DNA from: Dehalococcoidales bacterium
GTDB taxonomy: Bacteria > Chloroflexota > Dehalococcoidia > Dehalococcoidales > UBA5760
NCBI GenBank assembly: GCA_021161775.1
Contig: JAGGZY010000050.1
Location: 1 to 46,872, forward strand
Direction: 5' to 3'
DNA length: 46,872 nucleotides
Part shown: positions 8,649 through 17,786 of the stretch, in pieces
Layout of the letters: each line of letters starts with the position of its first letter
How positions within the stretch are numbered: position 1 is the stretch's first letter
Notes under the pieces: generated by a model
What the model was told of the DNA's origin: nothing
The model's input: only the letters and a program-made list of their open reading frames with translations
Database searches by the model: none
Position numbers and translations under genes: made by a program

Positions 8649-9755
8649 ATGACTGGAGTAAAGAAGAAAAAATTAACCAGGCGGATGCCGGGATGGTTGA
8701 TGATAACCCTGCTGGTAGCTGTTGGGGCTGGAGCGGCAGCCGGTATCATTTTCGCCGGTGATATTGCTGGTGAGATACCGGTAGCGGTAAGCCCGGCGCT
8801 CGCCATTCGGGAGGCTAGCTGGTATGGTGCTGGGGTACTGCCTTCAGTAGTGCCGATTACGATACACGACATCGGGGTTAGTGCCCCTGACCGTGAGTTG
8901 GCTCAGGTTAATGATAATGGCACCGAGTTTGGTGCTGCTGCCGAGATAAACAGCGGTGACCAGATTGCCCTTAAGCTGTATATTGAGAATCATAGTGACC
9001 AGGCAATGCCGGGTAAGCTGGAGCTGGCGGCTCCTTCAGGATTGACCCTGGAGGTCTATGCCCCGGCGGTCTCCGTTATTAAGCAAGTAACTCGCCTTAA
9101 GGCAGATAGCTGGATGTTTACTATTCCGGGGAACACTACCGGCATAGGAGCGAATTTCGTCACTGTGGTTATTGCGGCTAACGATACCCTGACCTCCTTT
9201 TCGACTATTTCGGGTAAATTAACCCCCTTTACCGGTCACGCTGGTTTCAGCGGGAGCAGCTTGGACCTAGACCTTAATATTGATGGTGGGGATGTGGCAG
9301 TAACCACCTTCTCAGCGTCCAATATGGTCCCCGGTGACAGTGGCTATGGTCGCAGTGAGCTGTCCAATGTGGGAACACTGGACGGGGTGCTGGATGTTGC
9401 CTTTTCGGCGATTACCAATACTGGCGGAACCAGTGGTGAGTATGGGGATGGTAGTGGAGACCTGGGTGGAGTTGCCGAGATAGCGGTATATCTGGATGTT
9501 GACCAGAGTGGCGATTGGACGGCAGGCGATATTGGGCTTAAGTCTGATGGTACTACCTACAGTCACCCGACGGCTCTTAACTACGATACTATCAATAGTT
9601 ATGACAGAGAGAGCTGGGATGATGTTGAACCGTTGCTAGTAGCCGCAGCGGATGACTTTGTGGCTCTGTGGCGGGTGCCTACCTCAGTGGGGAATGACAT
9701 TCAGGGTGACTGTGTAAGCTTCGATGTTACCTTCACCCTGAGACAGTCGCCTTAG
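8649..9755 (+). CDS. Membrane-anchored protein with C-terminal TasA-like domain
   Basis: Basic N-terminus plus one TM helix; C-terminal ~160 aa highly similar to the 6886..7506 product. Confidence 0.78.
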   Translation: MTGVKKKKLTRRMPGWLMITLLVAVGAGAAAGIIFAGDIAGEIPVAVSPALAIREASWYGAGVLPSVVPITIHDIGVSAPDRELAQVNDNGTEFGAAAEINSGDQIALKLYIENHSDQAMPGKLELAAPSGLTLEVYAPAVSVIKQVTRLKADSWMFTIPGNTTGIGANFVTVVIAANDTLTSFSTISGKLTPFTGHAGFSGSSLDLDLNIDGGDVAVTTFSASNMVPGDSGYGRSELSNVGTLDGVLDVAFSAITNTGGTSGEYGDGSGDLGGVAEIAVYLDVDQSGDWTAGDIGLKSDGTTYSHPTALNYDTINSYDRESWDDVEPLLVAAADDFVALWRVPTSVGNDIQGDCVSFDVTFTLRQSP

Positions 9756-9768
9756 ATTTGGTAATTCC

Positions 9769-9981
9769 TCAGCTAAATACGGCGGTGATTACTGCCTCTT
9801 TCGGATTATGCTCATCAAAGAAGGTAACCACCAGCTTCCTCCCCGGGGTCATTGCCGACTCCGGCAGGTTTCTGGCTACAGTAATATCCTCCAGATAAGC
9901 CTGGTGGCTGCCAGTTAACTGAATGGTTGCCTTATAATCAGTAGCGTTGAATCTCTTCAGTGTCGCTTTGCTTAGTCTCAT
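9769..9981 (-). CDS. Small phage-cluster protein, last gene of the structural operon
   Basis: GGAGG RBS; beta-rich 70 aa protein coupled to the upstream gene. Confidence 0.65.
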   Translation of the reverse strand: MRLSKATLKRFNATDYKATIQLTGSHQAYLEDITVARNLPESAMTPGRKLVVTFFDEHNPKEAVITAVFS

Positions 9982-11996
9982 CTGACCCTCCTTATACTCT
10001 TCCCAGGGCTAGCCTCGCCTCGTATTTTCCACGGCGGGGGTGATAAACCAAATCCAGCCCGAGGACCCTCCTTATTCTCACCATTAAGCCCGGCGCGGCT
10101 ATCGGTCAGTTCAATAACATCGTATAGCTGCTGACCGCAGTTGGGTGGGGTGTGGATAATACCCCCGCTGGAGGCTATCTCGGCTTGTCTTAGATATACC
10201 TCTCCTCGTTGCTGAGCTTGGGACACGCCGTTGATATTCCGGTCCTCAAGCTGGCGTAATCTATCATAGAGTCGGTTTATCTCATCCCAAGAGAAGGAGT
10301 CAACTATCATCGGCTTATCGTTTACCGGGTCATAGCCCTCGACCTGAACCCGATTAAGCTCCCAGCCCCCCTTTAGGTATCTCCCTTCAACTATGGGGTG
10401 GGATGAGCCATAGGAGTAAACCGAGTTGTCATTGGGGAGGGGGTTTACCACATAGGCTTTACTGCCCTCAATAAATATTACATCGGGGACGAAGGAGAGC
10501 AGCTTGCTGATGACAGCGTCTCCTCGGCTCCCCGGGGGAATGGTAAAATCGGGATAGTAGCTATCCAGAACCGATGACTGGGATTTAATCTCCAGCTTCA
10601 GTCCACATCTTGCCAGCACTAGAGCCAGGATGTCCTTGACACTCATCTCATCGGAGTCTTTATTCCAGCGGAACTGACAGCGGGCGCGCCAGTGTTTAAT
10701 CAGGCTCCAGCCGTCGGAGGCATATAGAATCAGACTGGCGATACCCCCGGCGCTGGTATGCTCACTGGCATCAATCCAGAACTCGGCGCCCGGGCTAACC
10801 TCGTTGCCCCCGGAGGTAACATAGCCGGGGCTGAACTGAAGCTCACTGCCGAGAGCTAGAGCTTTAAGGGAGCCTTCTCCCGGTGAGGAGTACTGCCCGT
10901 CGCTGTTATTTAGCTCAACCGTCAGCCAGCTCTCTCTTTGGCTGAGCTCCTGTCTTACCCTTAATATATCGGCGGTTAGATCGAGGCTCTCGGCGGTGAG
11001 CTTTGCTCTCCATACCCCGCTGGGGTTGGCTAGCCAGTCGTAGTTACCGTGATAGGCGATGGCTAGCCCGTACTCACTGGATAGGTTAAATGGCACCGGC
11101 TCATGCCACCGATTATCAGCGAAATCGGTGTCGGGGATAGTATATGACCAGAAGGGGCGGCTATAGGCTTCGGTGCCGCTAAATTTCTCGATAAAGAAAC
11201 CACGGTAGACATCGGGTTTAGCCAGAAAGGCGTGATGATACTCAAAGCCGCTGTCCGACGGTGCTGAAGCCAGCGGAGTTAGCTCTGACCAACTACCGGT
11301 GGGGCTCGCTCCACCATCACCATAGATGAGGGACCATAGTTTGAAGTTGCCGGCGGTGTCCTTACCGGTAATAAACAGATTCCAGTCGCCATCATAGACG
11401 GTTGCCACCCCGGACAGGTCACCGGTGGTCTTATCCCAGGCGATTTTATTCTGCCAGCTACCGTTTAGATACTGCTTAACATAGAGAGTGCTTTGGTCAG
11501 CGAAAAATAGCGCCAGAGAGCCGTTGGGCTGGTAGGCGGCGGTGATACCATAGATAGCTGATGTCGGGGAATAGTCGATAAGCTCGGGGGACCCCCAGCT
11601 AGCGCCGTAGTCGGTGCTTTTTGACTGGTAAATCTGCCGGGTTCTTTTTATCCAGAAGATGCTGACCTCAGCCCCCAGCGAGCAGCTGGTGGTAGTGACG
11701 ACATCATACTGATTGTGATATACCCACTGGCTAAAGTCTGCCCCCGGGCCGGGGTTAACCACCCGTTGTCGATAAAGCTTTCGGGAGTCGGCAGGTGGGG
11801 TAACCCTTACCCTGATGAGAGAGCCATCACCGGGGATAGTCAGGCTATGAAAATAGTCTGCCTCAGTGCCGGCATACAGCCTTTCCCAGTTTAAGCGGGT
11901 AATATTAGCCAGCCGACTTTTGGCTTTGATATTGACATAGGGGGTATAACTGGCTTCCTGTTGGGCGGTGAGTAGTGATGGTGATAGGCTTCTCAA
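9978..11996 (-). CDS. Large tail/spike-like protein (Asp-box propeller N-terminus, hub-like C-terminus); probable frameshift near 10075
   Basis: STDYGASW Asp-box; position in virion operon; an alternative frame gives RRVLGLDLVYHPRRGKYEARLALGRV with stop at 9992-9994. Confidence 0.6.
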   Translation of the reverse strand: MRSLSPSLLTAQQEASYTPYVNIKAKSRLANITRLNWERLYAGTEADYFHSLTIPGDGSLIRVRVTPPADSRKLYRQRVVNPGPGADFSQWVYHNQYDVVTTTSCSLGAEVSIFWIKRTRQIYQSKSTDYGASWGSPELIDYSPTSAIYGITAAYQPNGSLALFFADQSTLYVKQYLNGSWQNKIAWDKTTGDLSGVATVYDGDWNLFITGKDTAGNFKLWSLIYGDGGASPTGSWSELTPLASAPSDSGFEYHHAFLAKPDVYRGFFIEKFSGTEAYSRPFWSYTIPDTDFADNRWHEPVPFNLSSEYGLAIAYHGNYDWLANPSGVWRAKLTAESLDLTADILRVRQELSQRESWLTVELNNSDGQYSSPGEGSLKALALGSELQFSPGYVTSGGNEVSPGAEFWIDASEHTSAGGIASLILYASDGWSLIKHWRARCQFRWNKDSDEMSVKDILALVLARCGLKLEIKSQSSVLDSYYPDFTIPPGSRGDAVISKLLSFVPDVIFIEGSKAYVVNPLPNDNSVYSYGSSHPIVEGRYLKGGWELNRVQVEGYDPVNDKPMIVDSFSWDEINRLYDRLRQLEDRNINGVSQAQQRGEVYLRQAEIASSGGIIHTPPNCGQQLYDVIELTDSRAGLNGENKEGPRAGFGLSPPPWKIRGEASPGKSIRRVR

Positions 11997-12009
11997 ATTA
12001 AACCTCCTT

Positions 12010-12204
12010 TCAGCTCCCTGTCTGCCCTGGCACCCAGGGCGTTCCCCAGAAAAGATGTCCTAGCAGGATACCGAGGGCAACGCTTAGCATAATCCAGATA
12101 AGTGGCTGACGGTGGTAGCAGTCCCGGATAATATAGGTCCAGGGGCGGCCGCCTACCCGGGACCACAGGGCTTTGTACAATTGAGAGAGTCGAGCTCGCT
12201 TCAT
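12010..12204 (-). CDS. Small membrane protein (holin-like)
   Basis: Single TM segment (LIWIMLSVALGILLGHLFW); TAATG overlap with the upstream ORF. Confidence 0.55.
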   Translation of the reverse strand: MKRARLSQLYKALWSRVGGRPWTYIIRDCYHRQPLIWIMLSVALGILLGHLFWGTPWVPGQTGS

Positions 12205-12395
12205 TACTTCTCCTTAAACCGTTTAATTGCCCTCTCGCCGAAGTATTCGATAATGACGGCACTGATTAGCCAGCTAAGCGGTTGGGGAATTACTACCCCC
12301 TTCATTACACAAAAGCCATAAATGATGCATCCCCAGACGATAATAAATGGCCTGACGATGCTTTTTACAAACGTTATTCGCTCGTTTAGGGTCAA
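12204..12395 (-). CDS. Two-TM holin-like protein
   Basis: 63 aa, two hydrophobic helices, basic C-terminus YFGERAIKRFKEK. Confidence 0.6.
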   Translation of the reverse strand: MTLNERITFVKSIVRPFIIVWGCIIYGFCVMKGVVIPQPLSWLISAVIIEYFGERAIKRFKEK

Positions 12396-12413
12396 TTTTC
12401 CCGCCTCTCCTGG

Positions 12414-13004
12414 TTAATCGATAAACAGCTGATGATCTCTGAGCTGTTGCCTTCGTCCCAACCGCTTCAGGCTATCCCTGAAGGCGGTGAGTCTTTCTTC
12501 CCCCCAGCTTCGGTACTGGTCGGCGGTCATCTCTCCCCCGACATTTACCCGGTTAATGCTGGCGACAGCCTGGCTGATAACCGCGTAGCCGCAGGCCCCG
12601 GTAACTACTAAATCCTCATACTTAGTGGGGACAGTAGAACTGTTAGTGTCAATAGTGTGGAGCACTCCGTAGTAGATACGGCAGTTAGTGCCGTTGGGGG
12701 TATCGCCACTGATTATAACCAGGACATCCCCCCAGATAGAGAAACGCTGGTACTGGGTGGGGAAGGCACCCAGGGGGTATTCTACGGCTTGAACCATAAT
12801 CCGCTCAGTCAGACTGGAGATATCCACGGCTCGGGAGGTGCTTATGGTGGGTAGTATAGCCTCGGCGGGTAGGGGGGTTCTCTCCGATAGTTCCCTCAAG
12901 GCGTGGTTAATATGTCGGGTTAGTTCATCATCTGACCACTGGTAGGGGGTAATCTCATCCTTAAGGTTGTTCCTGACCATGGTTATCATCTCCGATAGAT
13001 TCAC
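12414..13004 (-). CDS. Phage head-tail adaptor-like protein
   Basis: N-terminus VRNNLKD...WSDDELTRHINHALRELS resembles podovirus-type adaptors; downstream of capsid. Confidence 0.65.
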   Translation of the reverse strand: MNLSEMITMVRNNLKDEITPYQWSDDELTRHINHALRELSERTPLPAEAILPTISTSRAVDISSLTERIMVQAVEYPLGAFPTQYQRFSIWGDVLVIISGDTPNGTNCRIYYGVLHTIDTNSSTVPTKYEDLVVTGACGYAVISQAVASINRVNVGGEMTADQYRSWGEERLTAFRDSLKRLGRRQQLRDHQLFID

Positions 13005-14062
13005 TGCTTTACCTCCTTAGACGGCATTCCGGTTTTCCCGGTGCCTTTGGGCAGTTTCATATCGCTGGTGCCGGCTCGGGCGGCGATTTTAGCCCTGAGT
13101 CGGTCTAAACCCAGGCTGGCTTCACCAGCCACGATTAGGCTTAGTAGGGCAGCGATAGCCTCACTCCTGTAACTGCTGTCGGCGACCAGGGAGAATCGGG
13201 ATAAACTGGCTATATCCAGGCTTGAACCAACATCAATAAGGGGTATTTCTCGGCTTAATAGCTCCTCAATATCGCTACCAGCTTCGGCTAAGGTAATACC
13301 CCGGTTCTTCAAACTCTCTACCCCCGCCTTTAGAGGAATGTTGCCCGTAGTCCAGAGAGCCCCGTGAATTATGCCGTCATTATGATTATCTGTCTCATCA
13401 TAGGCAGTAGAACCCGAGCCTTCATTCATTAACCATAAGCCTACCGTATTAGCATCCTTAGGGAATTGCCTACCCACTCCATTATTCCAGTTAGCGGCTA
13501 TTTCAGCGGGGGTTCTGGGCGTGTCAGAGATACGAACCTGAGAAATGAGGCCGTTGACCGTATAGCCAGTGCTCCCAATATACCAATGTCCAGAATGTAT
13601 CAAGTCGGTGTTATCTCTCTCCACAGTAGATTTTAGAAATCCATTTAGATACAACCTTGCTTTATCGTGGTCGTAAGTAGATGCAAAATACACCCATTGG
13701 TTCTTGAGTAAATCATTCTCATAAATTCTTGGACGAGGCGCACTCCCTTGTGTAGTCGTTATCTTCCATTCTAAGTCGGTGTTATATTTAGAGTAGAATA
13801 AGACATTTCTATCGTCATTTGTCCAAACAAAACGCATATAATCCTTTGACATTTCTGATGGCAAATAGGGAATTTTTACCCACACCTCAATCGTAATCGC
13901 ATCAGTGATGTCCAAAGAGGGGTTATTGCCACAATCTATATAGTCATCTACCCCATCAAAGCTAAGGGCAGAACCATAGCCTTCTCTAACTATGAGGTCT
14001 CGGTCGAGAATTGCCTCTATCCCCTCACTTCCGCTATCGCTGGTTTGTATATCAGTACTCAT
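13001..14062 (-). CDS. LamG/concanavalin-like domain virion protein
   Basis: ALSFDGVDDYIDCG, ITIEVWVK, WVYFASTYD, LYLNG, GLISQVRIS, VGLWLMNEGSG. Confidence 0.85.
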   Translation of the reverse strand: MSTDIQTSDSGSEGIEAILDRDLIVREGYGSALSFDGVDDYIDCGNNPSLDITDAITIEVWVKIPYLPSEMSKDYMRFVWTNDDRNVLFYSKYNTDLEWKITTTQGSAPRPRIYENDLLKNQWVYFASTYDHDKARLYLNGFLKSTVERDNTDLIHSGHWYIGSTGYTVNGLISQVRISDTPRTPAEIAANWNNGVGRQFPKDANTVGLWLMNEGSGSTAYDETDNHNDGIIHGALWTTGNIPLKAGVESLKNRGITLAEAGSDIEELLSREIPLIDVGSSLDIASLSRFSLVADSSYRSEAIAALLSLIVAGEASLGLDRLRAKIAARAGTSDMKLPKGTGKTGMPSKEVKQ

Positions 14063-14080
14063 CGTTTTCTTCCCTCGTCC

Positions 14081-14106
14081 CCGGGGGTAGTCAAAGCTAC
14101 CCCCGG
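14081..14106. other. Perfect 10-bp hairpin inside the virion operon
   Basis: CCGGGGGTAG-TCAAAG-CTACCCCCGG. Confidence 0.6.
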
Positions 14107-14115
14107 TTAGGATTC

Positions 14116-14631
14116 TCAGCTTAGGGTTATGGATACCTCCAAGGTCCAGGTACCTGAGGTTTTGGTGCCCAAATTCTCTACCTTACGGTTGAGACAGATA
14201 GAGCTAGTTGATTGTTTGACCACCCATTCGTTCCAGGTATAGTTGGCGTCATCTGAGCCAAAGCTGGCTTTAAAGGTTGCCTGCTGTGATGTTGATGTGG
14301 GGTAGTTGGCCTCCATACCCTTATAGGTTTTGTTAGTTGCGGCTTGCAGGTCGGTTTGGGTAGCCTCGGCGGCGGTGCTACTGTCACCGACCCCGATTTG
14401 AGCGTGGGGGTTATCGTAGATATGGTCGGCCCCAGAGACTACCCCGGTAATAAGGTCCCACATCTCGTCAATTCCGGAGTTTAGCAGGCAGTTGTGTTCC
14501 CCCTCTATCACCTCATAGGGCTCAAACTGCTGGTGAAACTCGCCCTCCCGGCTCTGGTAAGGCTTAATGTCCTCGTGATATTTGCTGAGCCGATAGTGGC
14601 AATACCAGTTGGCGTGTTCTCTATTTTCCAT
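14116..14631 (-). CDS. Phage structural protein (tail-collar/fibre N-terminal-like)
   Basis: IGVGDSSTAAEATQTDLQ...FGSDDANYTWNEW...LNRKV; directly after capsid. Confidence 0.55.
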   Translation of the reverse strand: MENREHANWYCHYRLSKYHEDIKPYQSREGEFHQQFEPYEVIEGEHNCLLNSGIDEMWDLITGVVSGADHIYDNPHAQIGVGDSSTAAEATQTDLQAATNKTYKGMEANYPTSTSQQATFKASFGSDDANYTWNEWVVKQSTSSICLNRKVENLGTKTSGTWTLEVSITLS

Positions 14632-14652
14632 TCTTTCATCTCCTGTGTCGAG

Positions 14653-15576
14653 TTAATCGGTAATCCCGATTAGGGCGGCTGCCTTAATCGCGGAGAATAG
14701 GGCCAGTGAGCAATACCACTTAATTCGAGTTCGGGAGGCGTCCTTGGTTTCCAGTGAGCCGATAGGCTCTACCTGCAGGTATCCTGGACTGGTTAAGCCA
14801 CAGAGGGCTCCTTCTCCGAACTGGACGGCATAAATGGTGGAGCAACTGCCGCCGGTGGTAGCTGTCTCTAGGCTGGAATCGAGGGTATGGGTATCCAGAA
14901 TCCAGTCATTGACTCCGACGGGAATACTGTCCCATAACTGGACAAAGTTACCGAAGCTGTCTTTTTCGGTTACCATCATTCCTGAGCCTGAGGCTCGGAC
15001 GAGGTTATTAATCTTCCTCCGGGTGCGGCGGCTCATCAGGAGTATATCGGGTTTACCCCCCTTTACGGCGTCAATAAGCTCATCTAGCTTATCCAGGGTG
15101 AGAGTAGCTCCGGTAGCCCCCATCGCGATTACCTGACTGCTTGCGGTGGTGGTATCAATTAGCTTCCTAAGGCCATCAAACTGCTTGGCATTGACGGCGG
15201 GGTCTCCATAGATAACCGTCTCCTCGAATTTGTCCTTGAGTGCCTTTGCCTTAAGTTCAATGACCGCCGCTTCCAGGTCCTGGATATTAGAGCGGGTTGC
15301 CTTGAGGAAATTATCAATATCGGCGTCACCGCCCATAATCTTTAGGGTAGTGGTTACCTGTTCAAAGGTTGGGGTTGACTCGTTCCAGGGGTCGCCAACA
15401 TCGTAGAAATCAATCGAGGGCAGGGTGTTCTCCTGGTTATAGGTTAATCCATTACCCACAATCTCAATAAAGGGGAGTTTCTGCAGTATCGGTGAGTTCT
15501 TGATGATGGTTTCCACGACTCCCTGAAGGAGCATATTATTAGATAGTTTGGATGCCTCGTTTAGTGTTAGTGCCAT
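14653..15576 (-). CDS. Major capsid protein (HK97-fold)
   Basis: ETIIKNSPILQKLPFIE...IYGD...FDGL...LDELIDAV...RIKWYCSLA; follows portal and scaffold. Confidence 0.85.
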   Translation of the reverse strand: MALTLNEASKLSNNMLLQGVVETIIKNSPILQKLPFIEIVGNGLTYNQENTLPSIDFYDVGDPWNESTPTFEQVTTTLKIMGGDADIDNFLKATRSNIQDLEAAVIELKAKALKDKFEETVIYGDPAVNAKQFDGLRKLIDTTTASSQVIAMGATGATLTLDKLDELIDAVKGGKPDILLMSRRTRRKINNLVRASGSGMMVTEKDSFGNFVQLWDSIPVGVNDWILDTHTLDSSLETATTGGSCSTIYAVQFGEGALCGLTSPGYLQVEPIGSLETKDASRTRIKWYCSLALFSAIKAAALIGITD

Positions 15577-16047
15577 TTATTTATCACCTCCTATGGCGTA
15601 TCGAATCTTCTGTCGTGGTGACAGGGATGAGTGGTCAAGTGGTGTTCGTGGTGGAGCCCCGGCAGGAATCCGGGTAGCTTGAATTTCAGTCTCCAGGCTC
15701 TGTCTCACTTGGCTAATCATGCCTTTAGCCTGCCTCAGTGACTCGTTGATAGCCGGGATGCTGTCGCCGGTGATAAGCTCCGCTGGCACCTCAGGGTTGG
15801 TCTGCATTACCATTGTTCGGTAGTTGACTAACGCCTCGCCTAGGGAATTATCTGCCGTCTTGAGTTTTTCGGTTGACTCGGTGAGCCTCTGTTCCAACTC
15901 AGTAATGTGGCTATTGGCTTGGGTCAGCTCCTCATTCTGCTGAGCTACCTGGCCCTCAAGCTTGGCAATTTGGGATGCCAGGCTCTCTTCAGTCTCGGTA
16001 TTTTCAGGAACTGGGTCTTGATGTTGCTTTATCTTGTCATCGGTCAA
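15577..16047 (-). CDS. Capsid scaffolding protein
   Basis: Coiled-coil, acidic N-terminus, C-terminal IPAGAPPR...LSPRQKI; lies between portal and capsid. Confidence 0.7.
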   Translation of the reverse strand: MTDDKIKQHQDPVPENTETEESLASQIAKLEGQVAQQNEELTQANSHITELEQRLTESTEKLKTADNSLGEALVNYRTMVMQTNPEVPAELITGDSIPAINESLRQAKGMISQVRQSLETEIQATRIPAGAPPRTPLDHSSLSPRQKIRYAIGGDK

Positions 16048-16085
16048 TGGTCGTCCTCCTCTAGGTTATTTTCTAATACCCGCAG

Positions 16086-17453
16086 CTAGGATTGGTTAGC
16101 TCTCCCTCTCGCTTCATTCCGAGCCGGTTTGGTATTAAGCTCCTTGTTCATGCTGAGGATAATCTGGCGTTCCTCAAGCCAGCGGTTAAATTCTGCCTCA
16201 GGGTCTTTAACCCCGACCTCATCCATAGCGCGTCGTCTGGAGTGGACACCGTTCTGAATCAAGGTCTGCTCGTTGGCTACTAGCCGCTCCTTGTCCTGGG
16301 GCAGGAGCGGTCCCCAGACTACTCGCAGATGGTTATTACCGAAGTTCTCATGATGGTATTTTTCGAGGAGTTTGAGGATTAGCCGGTTTCGCTGGTTGTA
16401 GGCGGCACTGCGGATAAGACGCTTCCGTTTTACCTTCTGTAGCAGGGGCTGAAGCTCAAGCTCAAGGGCTACCCCGGACAGGTTCTTCTCGGTACCACCG
16501 AAAGCAGAGCGGGGTGACTCTGAGATGTCATGCAGGGTCCGATAGAGCAGGTTGAGGTAATCGATATGTAGCCCGACACCACCCCCTTGAAGCAGGTCTA
16601 GCAGATAGGCTTTAGCATCCTCAGGTATATTCCAGACTGCCCCTGGCTTAACCGCGATATCCTCAGATTCCTCGATGTTCTCCAGTACGGCGATAGGGTT
16701 ACCCGATAGCTCTAGTATTCTTGATAGCTGGCTCATTGCCCGGTTAAACTCACGCTGGGGCGGTATTAGCTGGCGCAAATCCGACATTCCCCAGAATTTT
16801 TTAGGCTCCCTCAGATTAGGATAGATAATAAACGGGATAAATCCGTAGGGATTAGGCTTACTGGTTACCAGATTGTTATCTATCCAGAGCTCAAACCCCT
16901 CGGTGGTCCATAACTCGGTAATCTCAGCGGTTTTCCCCTTGGGGGTTACCTTATACAGGATTTCGGTTTCGTCTGAGGTCAGCCGATATTTAGAGGCGAC
17001 CCGCCATAGTCTGGAGGTGTCGTCCCCCACCCACCAGGTGTGGATGCCCTGGATATCGGGGGCAGTAATCCTGACCCGTTTGGTCGCCGCGTCCCAGATA
17101 ACCTTAAAGCAGGCATCTCCCAGGAGGGCACAGTCAATCTCGGTCTCAAAATCAAGTTGTTCTAGATTGTTGTCTTCGTATACCTGGTATAATGCCTGCT
17201 CAGCCCGCTGCGCCCTGGCTCTAGCCTCATCGGAGTCATCGATGGGGTCAACAGCAAAGGTTACTCCTGACATCAGATATGAGGTAAGCTTATCGATAAT
17301 TACCTTGGCATAGTTAAAGACCAGGCGTTTCTCACCTCGCCGGGGATAACCCTCCCACTGCTGACCGTGGTAGAAATCAAGCAGTTCCTGATAACCCTTG
17401 AGCCGACTCAGGTCGTGGTGATTTAGCTGTGCTGGAGTAAAACCTTCATTCAT
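16086..17453 (-). CDS. Phage portal protein (SPP1 Gp6-like)
   Basis: FYHGQQW, NYAKVIIDK, NPYGFIPFI, WGMSDL, NLSGVAL motifs. Confidence 0.9.
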   Translation of the reverse strand: MNEGFTPAQLNHHDLSRLKGYQELLDFYHGQQWEGYPRRGEKRLVFNYAKVIIDKLTSYLMSGVTFAVDPIDDSDEARARAQRAEQALYQVYEDNNLEQLDFETEIDCALLGDACFKVIWDAATKRVRITAPDIQGIHTWWVGDDTSRLWRVASKYRLTSDETEILYKVTPKGKTAEITELWTTEGFELWIDNNLVTSKPNPYGFIPFIIYPNLREPKKFWGMSDLRQLIPPQREFNRAMSQLSRILELSGNPIAVLENIEESEDIAVKPGAVWNIPEDAKAYLLDLLQGGGVGLHIDYLNLLYRTLHDISESPRSAFGGTEKNLSGVALELELQPLLQKVKRKRLIRSAAYNQRNRLILKLLEKYHHENFGNNHLRVVWGPLLPQDKERLVANEQTLIQNGVHSRRRAMDEVGVKDPEAEFNRWLEERQIILSMNKELNTKPARNEARGRANQS

Positions 17454-17733
17454 GGCTAACCTTCTTTAATGCCCTCTGCACAGTTCGTTGACTAACGCCA
17501 AACAGTAGGGCTAGCTCCTTTATTTTTCTTCCCTTGACATATAGCTCTAATATTTCCCTATCCCGCAGCTTTCTAAGGTAGCGTTGCTTACCTCCGGGCT
17601 CGTCATAGATACACCTCTCGAAAGGGCAGTTGAGACAGGAATTGGCGAACTCACAACCGTTATCATGGTAGTGGCAATACTCTGGCGGTAGGTCTAGTTC
17701 ATCGGAGCTCACTATCAAATCCTTAGTTCTCAT
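17446..17733 (-). CDS. Cys-rich plus HTH regulator heading the virion operon (start revised from 17802)
   Basis: C-x6-C-x5-CxxC-x4-C cluster, then RDREILEL...KELALLFGVSQRTVQRAL HTH; GGTGA RBS before ATG 17733. Confidence 0.75.
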   Translation of the reverse strand: MRTKDLIVSSDELDLPPEYCHYHDNGCEFANSCLNCPFERCIYDEPGGKQRYLRKLRDREILELYVKGRKIKELALLFGVSQRTVQRALKKVSHE

Positions 17734-17768
17734 ATCTATCTCACCCGAAGGGATGGTCAGGATGTTAG

Positions 17769-17786
17769 AATAGCACATATGTTCTA
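17769..17786 (-). promoter_or_regulatory. LexA-like box over extended -10 promoter of the virion operon
   Basis: Minus strand TAGAAC-ATAT-GTGCTATT followed by TGcTATTCT -10; 17/18 identical to 26541-26558. Confidence 0.72.

Noticed and set aside
14653-15576. Encapsulin nanocompartment
   Set aside because: Portal, scaffold and terminase accompany the shell gene, and no cargo enzyme is adjacent.
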